Positions 26,558 through 36,861 of a stretch of 64,000 nt of DNA are shown here, piece by piece. Made by a program: the position numbers and the translations under genes. The notes under the pieces were generated by a model, which worked only from the letters and a program-made list of their open reading frames with translations, was not told the origin of the DNA and made no database searches. This stretch comes from Macrostomum hystrix (taxonomy: Eukaryota > Animalia > Platyhelminthes). Within the stretch, counting starts at the first letter, position 1; every line of letters begins with the position of its first letter. The stretch is from contig CATNEN010000029.1 in NCBI GenBank assembly GCA_950097015.1, positions 2,418,001-2,482,000 of the forward strand, in the 5' to 3' direction.

Positions 26558-27315
26558 ATGGCATCACTCATGGTCTAGCTGATTGTGTCACTCCTGGTCT
26601 AGCTGATTGTGTCACTCCTGGTCTAGCTGATTGTGTCACTCCTGGTCTAGCTGATTGTGTCACTCCTTCTTTAGCTGATTGTGTCACTCCTTCTTTAGCT
26701 GATTGTGTCACTCCTGGTCTAGCTGATTGTGTCACTCCTGGTCTAGCTGATTGTGTCACTCCTTCTTTAGCTGATTGTGTCACTCCTGGTCTAGCTGATT
26801 GTGTCACTCCTGGTCTAGCTGATTGTGTCACTCCTTCTTTAGCTGATTGTGTCACTCCTGACCTAGCTGATTGTGTCACTCCTTCTTTAGCTGATTGTGT
26901 CACTCCTGGTCTAGCCGATTGTGTCACTCCTGACCTAGCTGATTGTGTCACTCTTGATCTAGCTGATTGTGTCACTCCTGACCTAGCTGATTGTGTCACT
27001 CTTGATCTAGCTGATTGTGTCACTCCTGACCTAGCTGATTGTGTCACTCTTGATCTAGCTGATTGTGTCACTCCTGACCTAGCTGATTGTGTCACTCTTG
27101 ATCTAGCTGATTGTGTCACTCCTGACCTAGCTGATTGTGTCACTCTTGATCTAGCTGATTGTGTCACTCCTGACCTAGCTGATTGTGTCACTCCTGACCT
27201 AGCTGATTGTGTCACTCTTGATCTAGCTGATTGTGTCACTCCTGACCTAGCTGATTGTGTCACTCCTGACCTAGCTGATTGTGTCACTCCTGACCTAGCT
27301 GATTGTGTCACTCGT
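26558..27315. repeat. 24-bp minisatellite, intergenic
   Basis: Unit 'gtcactcctggtctagctgattgt', about 31 copies; it explains ORF 26568-27311. Confidence 0.97.
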
Positions 27316-28024
27316 GAGTCACTTTATAATCCAGCATAAGTGCATTATTAGAATTACGTCGAAATTTTTCATTAAAAACTTAGTAGGCCAATCCATAGTC
27401 AAATTTTATGTCGGTTTGGCTGCTTCATTGTAAATATACTAAAATAAAATGAAGATCATTTTATTTATGAATGAAGTTCTTTGGTTTCGATGACGCAACA
27501 TATTTTGCAAGATACTCGTATATTAAAAGAAGAGCATTGGATCTGCTTCTAATGAAAAGTTTTCAACATTTTAGGGTGAAAAAGTTAACTAGTGCATTTT
27601 TCATGAAAATCTGCCTCTGTTAAATTTTCTAAGAAACAAAATTGTCACATCCGCAAAGTGTCCAACCAAACAAAGTGGCTTTGCCTTTTTACTGTGCAAA
27701 ACGGAATCCCCTAGTCAATCGAAATCACTGTCAAATTAAGCACTAACACCCCCATAATTGGAACATCTCAACTTCATCAGGTTGGCCTGGTTAGACTAGC
27801 TTGAGCGAATCAAAAACTGTTCCTAACTTACTGCTTCAAAAAAAATTAATTGTTTATATCATAAACAATACAAAACCTACCATCTAGCTCTCAGTGACCG
27901 CACTTAAAAGCTGCATACGGCAGTTCAGTCCATGGACTGGGAGCAAGACACCCAGCTGATGCGGGCACCTATTTAACAGCTAAGGTTAACTAACTCAATG
28001 CCTAGATAAGTTATTAGGCGACAA

Positions 28025-28892
28025 ACCCTTACTGCACACCCCCATTACTAGGCTGAAACCCTTATTATAAGCTAAAACCCTTTTCAAGGCTACAACCCTT
28101 ACTAGGCAACAGCCCCTTACAAGGCTACAACCCCTGACTAAGCTACAACCCCTATCATAAGCTAAAAACCCTATCATAAGCTACAACCCCTATCATAAGC
28201 TACAACCCCTATCATAAGCTACAACCCCTTACTAGGCTAAAACCCCTTACTTGGCTACAACCCCTATCATAAGCTACAACCCCTTACTAGGCTAAAACCC
28301 CTTACTTGGCTACAACCCCTTACTAGGCTAAAACCCCTTACTTCTTCTTAAGATGCGCTGGATCTTCAACAGCACAGGCTGCTCAAATATTTGGCCGTAC
28401 TTTTGATCCTGATCTAAAATATAGTTTCTCAAAAAGAAGAAGACAATAATAGAGAACAACCCACTGGTTGTTTGCTTGATGCACGCGCTCCGATATAAAA
28501 TGACGATATAAAGCTCCGAATTGGCTGCACATCAGGCTACTAGGCTTCTTGGCTACAACCCCTTACTAGGCTACAACCCCTTACAAGGGCACAACCCCTT
28601 ACTAGGCTACAACCCCTTACTAGGCTACAACCCCTTACTAGGGTACAACCCCTTACTAGGCTACAACCCCTTACAAGGGTACAACCCCTTACTAGGCTAC
28701 AACCCCTTACTAGGCTACAACCCCTTACTAGGCTACAACCCCTTACTAGGCTACAACCCCTTACTAGGCTACAACCCCTTACTAGGCTACAACCCCTTAC
28801 TAGGCTACAACCCCTTACTAGGCTACAACCCATTACTAGGCTACAACCCCTTACTAGGCTACAACCCATTACTTGGCTACAACCCTTTACTA
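28025..28892. repeat. 18-bp minisatellite in two blocks (28025-28345, 28545-28892)
   Basis: Unit 'ctacaaccccttactagg', interrupted by ~190 bp of unique sequence. Confidence 0.95.
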
Positions 28893-29343
28893 GGCGAGCT
28901 CTCGGAGGGCATAGGAGGACGCAGAAAACAGAGGTTTTCCACTTTTTTTATTCTATCTCTTTTTAGCAATTTTCCAGGCGTCATAATACAATGTCGTGCA
29001 CATGTACAATTACAATGAAAAGTAATGAATGAATTCCAGTGTAAACTCTCTATACTTAAGTTTGGTTTTTGAGCACAGTTAAAGTGTTTGAACTCCGGTT
29101 CTAATTATTTTCTCACTTAAACGAATTGGCTGCACATCAATCAAACCTGAGTCAGCCAAACGTGCCTCAGTAACAACAACAAACGCCCCCTTTCTCGCAC
29201 TCGCATCTACACAGCCGCGCAACCAAACCAAGGCGCAATGCGGATTGCGCAATGGACAAACAAAAGCTTTGCCGTATTGGCTCACTCAGGCAGCCTGGGC
29301 TCAATAAATAGAGAGCACAAGGTTGGGACTGACAGACGGTCAC

Positions 29344-32300
29344 ATGGAGATGAGCGGTGGCAGTAGCAAGCAGCAGCCATCTGAGTGTGTCATGCAGCAG
29401 GCGCAGAGGTCAGCGATGCGCTGCAGCGCCGAGGACCTCGGCCTGATCCGGGCCGCCAAGCTGGCTACCTGGCTGCGGACGGAGGGCATCGACAAGCGGG
29501 ATCCCCGCGTCAAGGCCAACCTGCAGCAGCTGCTGGCCGCCATGTCCGACGCCGAAGATGAGGCTCAATCGGACGGCGCCTCAGCAATGCCGGTATTCAG
29601 CAAGGCGACGGTCGAGCGGATCTTCTCGGCAACTGGCAGTGTGTTCCTGTTGAAGGTGCTGCGAAATGAGCTCATTGTACGCGACTTTGCCGGATTCGCC
29701 AAGACCATTGAGCGGCTGTTTGAGTAAGAAACAGAACTTTAGGAAAACTTCTTTTGGAACGAAGAGACACTTTCTGAATAAAGACACAAGCTAAGAGACA
29801 CGTTCGGGACTAAGAGACACATTCTGGACTAAAAGACACATTCGGGACTAAAAGAAAGACACATTCGGGACTAAGAGACACGTTCGGGACTAAGAGACAC
29901 GTTCGGGACTAAGAGACACTTTCGGGAGAGAGACACATTCGGGACTAAGAGACACATTCGGGACAGAGACACATTCCAGGAAGGCAGGCAGCAATTCCTA
30001 TACGACTATGCCACAGCTGAACCTATATCGCCCCTACTCAGGCAAGCCAGACAAGATTGCTCACTCGGTGAAGTAAGTCGCCTGACTCCGGAGCTGGCCG
30101 AAGCTGATCCAGAGCTGTGGGGCGTGTCCCTGTGCACAGTGGACGGTCAGAGACTGTCTATGGGCGACTCTCGGGTTGCCTTCTGCCTGCAGGACTGCAG
30201 CCAGCCAATCACCTACGCCATGGCTCTAACCGAGAAGGGCCCAGATGTTGTGCACCAGTATGTGGGCTATGAGCCAGTGGGTGAGTAGACTGGTTAAATA
30301 TGACCCAATGTCAAATGACCAACTGACCACATATGACCCAATGTTCAATGACCAACTGACCACAAATGACCCAATGTTCAATGACCAACTGACCACATAT
30401 GACCCAATGTTCAATGACCAACTGACCACATAAAACCCAATGTTTGAATGACCAACTGACCACATAAAACCCAATGTTTGAATGACCAACTGACCACAAA
30501 TGACCCAATGTTTGAATGTCTCACTGACCAAACTGACAACTGTAGGCGAGCATCACGAAGGCCTGGAGATCGGGCCAGACGGCAAGCCGTTCAACCCACT
30601 GACCGGGTCCGGGGCTCTCCTGACGGCTGCTCTGATTGGCTCTCCGGAGGATCCGCTGTCAGCCAGGTTCTCAGCGATGCGCCGAGTCTACAGCAGGCTG
30701 ATGGCAGGCGGCTCAGTGTCGGTTCACACCGGCGCCTACCTGTCACAGCGGGAGGCCAATTATCACAACTGGGCGGTTGCCTACCGCCTGCTGGAGCTTG
30801 GTGCCTTCCCACCAGGTGCACACGTGGCTGACGCCATGGATTTGCACCTGCAGTTGGCCGCCTTCTCAATCGACTGTCAGGTGCGACTCTATACTACTTT
30901 TTACTATCATTAGTAGTATAATTGGAGTGTTAAAATATAATTAAACGAATAACTGAAACCTCACAATAAATTTGCTTAACTTTTTTTCTCTCTTTAAAAA
31001 AGACTGTCCCCCACACCAAAAATTCCATCCTAAAATTATATTCCATCTCTCCACCTTTAGCCAATTCCCAACAAGATCCCAGTCCCAACAAGATCCCATT
31101 CCGAACAAGATCCCATTCCCAACAAGATCCCATTCCCAACAAGATCCCATTCCCAACAAGATCCCATTCCCAACAAGATCCCATTCCCAACAAGATCCCA
31201 TTCCCAACAAGATCCCATTCCCAACAAGATCCCATTCCCAACAAGATCCCATTCCCAACAAGATCCCATTCCCAACAAGATCCCATTCCCAACAAGATCC
31301 CATTCCCAACAAGATCCCATTCCCAACAAGATCCCCATTCCCAACAAGATCCCATTCACAACAAGATCCCATTCACAAAGATCCCATTCCACTTCCTCTT
31401 CGCTAAAGGCTGGCGCTCTAATAGCCGCGGCTCTGGCCAACGGGGGAGTCTGCCCGCTGACCGAGGACCGGGTGCTCAGCTCCGCGGCCACCCGCAGTAC
31501 CCTGTCCGTCATGCACAGCTGCGGTCTGGGCCGCCACTCCGGCCGGTTCGCCTTCAAGTGCGGCCTCCCGGCCACCGCTGGTGTCAGCGGCTGCCTCCTG
31601 GCTGTCCTGCCCAATGTCATGGGCCTCTGCTTGTACTCGCCCAGGCTGCTGCAGGGTCGCGTCTCGGCCAGGGCGCTGCGCTTCTGCGAACTGCTGGTGC
31701 AATTGTACAGCTTTCATCTGTACGACTCTCTGCTGCACAACAGAAAGCTTGACCCCACCGGTAGGCTGGCGGACGGCGGTCGGGCCTGGGTGGGCGCCGT
31801 TTCCACCATGCTGTACGCCGCCAAGGCTGGCGACATCCCCTGCCTCAGGCGCTTCTACCTGACGGTGAGGAACGTTGATCTGCGTGGATGGCGCAGTGGC
31901 TTTGCGATTCTGGTGGGAGATCAGATAGGAATCAGGTGGGGAATCAGGTGGGGAATCAGGTGTGGAATCAGGTGGGGAATCAGGTGTGGAATCAGGAGGA
32001 GAATCAGGTGGGGAATCAGGTGGGGAATCAGGTGTGGAATCAGGTGTGGAATCAGGTGGGGAATCAGGTGTGGAATCAGGAGGGGAATCAGGTGGGGAAT
32101 CAGGTGTGGAATCAGGTGTGGAATCAGGTGTGGAATCAGGAGTGGAATCAGGAGGGGAATCAGGTGGGGAATCAGGTGTGGAATCAGGTGGGGAATCAGG
32201 TGTGGAATCAGGTGTGGAATCAGGTGGGGAATCAGGTGTGGAATCAGGTGGGGAATCAGGTGGGGAATCAGGTGTGGAATCAGGAGGAGAATCAGGTGGG

Positions 32301-33414
32301 GAATCAGGTGGGGAATCAGGTGTGGAATCAGGTGTGGAATCAGGAGTGGAATCAGGAGGGGAATCAGGTGGGGAATCAGGTGTGGAATCAGGAGGGGAAT
32401 CAGGTGTGGAATCAGGTGTGGAATCAGGTGTGGAATCAGGTGTGGAATCAGGTGCAGAATCAGGAGGGGAATCAGGTGTGGAATCAGGTGTGGAATCAGG
32501 TGTGGAATCAGGTCGGTAATCAGGTGCGAAATCAGGTGGGGAATCAGGTGGGGAATCAGGTGGGGAATCAGGTGGGGAATCAGGCGGGTAATTAGGTGGG
32601 GAATCAGGCGGGTAATTAGGTGGGGAATCCGGTGATTAATCAGGTGGGTAAAGAATTGATGCAACTTTTTGTTTATTTTTGCAGCAAAACCCTTTGTTTT
32701 AGGCAACTGTTATCGACAAGCCAGACAAATTTTATCAAATAATTTGCAAAAATCAAATACTGGCAGACTGACGGTCTCCTAAATCTTTTTAATTAAATGC
32801 AGGGCCATGATATGAACTCCTGCGACTATGACAGTCGAACACCTCTCCACGTGGCGGCCTCTGAAGGCCATCTGGCCGCTGTGCAGTTCCTCTGCGGGGT
32901 CTGTCTGGCTGATCGTCGGCCGCGCGATCGCTGGGGCTTCACGGCGCGCGACTGCGCCAGGCTGCTTGGCCACGTCGAGGTCGAGCGCTACCTTGCCGAG
33001 CTGGACGACGAAGCGGAGCCCGCGGAGCTAAGGACGGCGAAGAGGACTGAATTGCAAGACAATCGGCTGGTCGGAAGGCTTTCGAATGACATCAAAGTCG
33101 ACCTCAGCAATGGTCGCCGCAGCGAGGATGGCGGCTGCGAGATCAAAGGAAACAGAGGCGCGAATTTCAAGGAAATTCAAGGGATCTTTGTTGACTCCTT
33201 CAAAGACAGTGTTGGCAGCTGGTTGAACGAAGACTCACTAGACGAACTCGTTGACAATGGCAATGACGGTGTCACTCTTGGCGTTGAGCAGCGCGGCTGT
33301 CAAGTGTGCCCTAAGGACTCCGCTAGCGACAGCGGTGCTACCTGTCAGAGGGGCAGCGATAGCGTCCGCTTCTTCTCTGGAAGCGACCGCGACCCCGATG
33401 ACGATCTGAGATGA
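29344..33414 (+). CDS. GLS: Glutaminase-family protein (GLS-like with C-terminal ankyrin repeats); probably catalytically inactive
   Basis: Exons 29344-29723, 30042-30280, 30546-30880, 31409-31864, 32803-33414. Family motifs: 'GIDKRDPRV', 'LWGVSLCTVDGQRLSMGD', 'FCLQDCSQPITYA', 'VHQYVGYEPVG', 'ALANGGVCPLTEDRVL', 'LSVMHSCG', 'GRFAFKCGLPA', 'GLCLYSPRL'. Ankyrin region: 'DYDSRTPLHVAASEGH...DRWGFT'. The reading frame is intact with no internal stops. Confidence 0.93.
29780..29975. repeat. 19-bp minisatellite, glutaminase intron 1
   Basis: Unit 'gagacacattcgggactaa'. Confidence 0.9.
30298..30525. repeat. 33-bp minisatellite, glutaminase intron 2
   Basis: Unit 'tgaccaactgaccacatatgacccaatgttcaa'. 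Confidence 0.92.
31060..31390. repeat. 17-bp minisatellite, glutaminase intron 3
   Basis: Unit 'cccattcccaacaagat'. Confidence 0.95.
31920..32650. repeat. 12-bp minisatellite, glutaminase intron 4
   Basis: Unit 'ggaatcaggt(g/t)(g/t)'; it explains ORFs 31472 (3' part), 31888, 31921 and 31962. Confidence 0.97.
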
Positions 33415-36400
33415 ACTATGAGCAGCTATTGAGTATAGCTAGCTCATCCGCTTGCAACCCTCATGCCTACCTAGCTTTTTATTCCAACCTTTTACGACGT
33501 TTAGGTAATTTAATAATTCATTAACTGTAAGCTTGCATTATAGCCCGCTGGATAGACAACAAGAAAGCTAATTAATGTAACAAAGCCACAGTCGTTTGTT
33601 TTACTTTTTCTATGATATTTTTATACAGACATTGTTGCTAATTCATATAGCAGGAGAAGCGAAAAAATGTCTGACAAATTAAAATAACTATATTCGTATA
33701 AAACCTCAAAAAAATTTGTTCAACACTCACAGTCGCACACACACAAGAGGGAGGGAAAGGACGAGATAAGTTGAACCAACAAGAGAGCAGCTCCATGACA
33801 CAGTTGCTACTTATTCACTGTGTCAGGCGAGCGACTCTCCTAGCTGTTCGACTAAAGTTGCAGCTGGTTGCAGGACTTTACCTCTCTTCCAGGGAGCCCG
33901 TTGCTGCAGAGAGCATGTGCGGTTTTGGAACCGGTTCTGGCGAAATTGTCGTCTATTTATACACAGATTTGTGTCGCCCCGCTCAAACACTCGCGCACAC
34001 ACACACACAATCCGCTGTGTGCATTCATTTCCGTTTGGTTCCAGCCGACTAAGCAACCAAAGGCGGGTCACAGCATCGGTTCTCAGGCTAGCGTATAGCA
34101 CCCTTCTTGCGACATTTTTTCTTAATTTCTTGTGTTCTCTATCCTCCACAACCTCCGCGCGTCTCTCAGCCTTGAAAGTCGAGTTCTTGTTAGAAACGGC
34201 TCGAATATCCCGAAGCCTAGCCTGCTGCCTGTGCTTGTATGATATTACAGAGGCACTATCGTAGCGAACAGAATATTTTTTATATATTAAGTCTGCGCAG
34301 ATGCGTATCAATGCGTAAGTTTGAGCAACAAGCCACTTTGTGAGATGGTACTTCATGAAAGCATATAGTTGTACTTGGATTGTACATAGAATAACAGCTC
34401 TTTCTCTCTCTCTGCGTTGGTTGTGACCGGACTTAATTAGATTTCAGCCTGCGGATCTGGAAGGTAAAATAATAATCTATGCTAATTTTACGGCACACTG
34501 AACTGCCACTAAACACCTGTTGAAACTGGATACGCTCCACTAATGCGGCTCTCCTCTCTCTACCTCTTTCCCGGCAAAGGTGTGCTGAAGCCGCATTTGA
34601 GAGTCCGCATTTACTTCATGCAAATTAAATCAGGCAAAGATTGACTTTTAGTGGCATTGGAATTTTTAGCAGCGGTTCTTGAATCATTGTAAATTCTTCT
34701 CACCTTCTGTCATTTCTTCTTTTGCTCTAATTCTAACGAATTTTTCGAACTCAAGTGAAGAACATTCTATCTTATGCTGCAAAGCTTTTTTTAATATTTT
34801 AACCAGAATATTATACTTTAAATTTTCATCAATATTTTTACTTTACATTGTGCCTTTAGAGGCTAAATACGAGCGTAGCTACAATATGCATAATCGATTT
34901 CCATGGTATTGTATTCAAAAGCAGTCGTAATCTTCTACTATTAGTAGAACTTTATGCAGTTCGATGGAGAAACGAGCGCGTATTTTCGCTTTTTGCAGTT
35001 AATTTGGATTTGTACAGTGTTAAGCGCGTTACCAAAAAGTAACGGCGATGACGGTAACGATCGTTACTGATCATTTGGAAACGGAAAAATTTGATAACAA
35101 AAAATACCGGTCAAAACGAAAGATTTTTTCGAAAGAGTAAGAGTAACGTTACGAAAGAGTAACGGTCGTTACTTTTAATCGCTACTTTCAGTTTTCTTGC
35201 ACTTTTACCAAAAATCTGCTATTTTTTACGTAAGCACGCTCGTATGTGATAAATAGGTGTAGCATTTTGTATTTCGGTCATCATTCATATCATATGCTTT
35301 AATCTTCAGCATCGTCCACTTTTAAGACTCCGCCAGCATTATCACTCTCACTGATCTTGACCATTTCGGCTTGGGTTTACGAGCCCGTAGTAGCCATGAT
35401 ATCACATGAAGATTTTAGATAAGATTGATAATATTGATGATTGATTACAATATAAAATTGTCGTCAGAGTAAAGTAACAGACTATAGTCTGTCTAAATAG
35501 CCAGGACTCGGGGTAGTACATCATGTACGGTCTCGACCACCGCCTGGAACAGCGCAGCCCTCTAAGGATCAGTTAGGACTGCAGGACCGCTCACACAGAA
35601 CGAAAGGCAGCCCAAGCGAACCTGGTGCACCAGACCACCGTGGTAGAGGAACTCCTGACAGCGCCTCCGCAGAATATTACATGATATTATTTTATTAAAA
35701 AGTCGAATTAAAGGTTGTTTGTGACATAGACTATGTTCTCTCACAAGTCCGCATACTTTAAGCAATCTCTAAAGATTCGTTTCTGTAGGCGTATTTTTGC
35801 CAAAGTCAATGCAAAATGAATGGTCACTTTTTTCTGCACGAGTTAACAACTCAAAAAAAGGAATTTCGCGTCAAGCAAAGTATGTAAGCGGCCCTCTATA
35901 GCTACACAGCCATGGCCTGCACTTCAATAATCCTAACTCGTGTCCTTATCAGTTCATGTAAAACTACTCAGAGACATGCCTCATTGTATAGTGACGAGTG
36001 CGCTAAGGTTTTCTCTTCAGTGTGGGACTGTTTGATTAAGTAGATACCGCAGACTTGAAACCCTAAGCAATAGTGCTTGTGTAGTACATCTGTACAATCT
36101 TCTATCTTGTTGTAATAAGATTGTTGCCATTTTTCTTCTTAAATTTTGAAATCTAGATACAGAGAGAGAAATATAGTTGTCCAATTTTGGACGCGCCAAT
36201 CGCACGCGCTGTAAGGCAACTGAGCCTACTCACTCTTCCAGTAGTGTCTGTCTGGCCTCAGCCACTCCGATGCGGTTTACCATTGTTCTCATCTCTCATC
36301 GCTTATCTCATTGTTCTCAAAGACATCTTCAGGGTGACCCAGGCTGCAGGACTGCGGGTCAAACCGGGTCTGTCCCCATTCACTGTACCCTGCTGTAGAT

Positions 36401-36462
36401 GCATAGGTGAGTACCTGTATGCTCAAAGAGAGTTTTGGTAGAGAAGGCAGAGAGACCAGGTC

Positions 36463-36495
<33 letters not shown>

Positions 36496-36861
36496 ATTCG
36501 ACACACCTAGTGCCATTGTACGCGTGCACTGGGGCTACTCAGTGCAGGGCAGAGGTTGGGCGGGGGGTGTAGATCGTATTCTACCAGCGCGGTACCGAAC
36601 GATACGAATACGCGTAACTATATAGTTTTTTTTAAGCCAAAAGAAGAGCAAGAAATAACAAGTTGGTATTCGACCGACCTGTCAAACCAGGCTCAGAAAA
36701 AAGCATAAGAGTTGTAAACTCGGCGACGTGTGGGCCCGAATCAACAGGTTAATCATTTGGTGACTAGAGCCAGAGACAAAACATAGACAATAAGAAAAAA
36801 TTGGTTTGACAATTCCTAGAGTGGAAAGCAACTGCTTTTGAAGCTAGGTGAAGAGCTCGTC

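Noticed and set aside
26568-27311. 247-aa TQSARSGV repeat ORF
   Set aside because: A 24-bp tandem array that happens to lack stops; no splice or start context.
31865-32706. Long ORFs (RWGI/NQVW/IPHL/GVES repeats)
   Set aside because: A 12-bp array inside glutaminase intron 4; the true exon ends at donor 31865.
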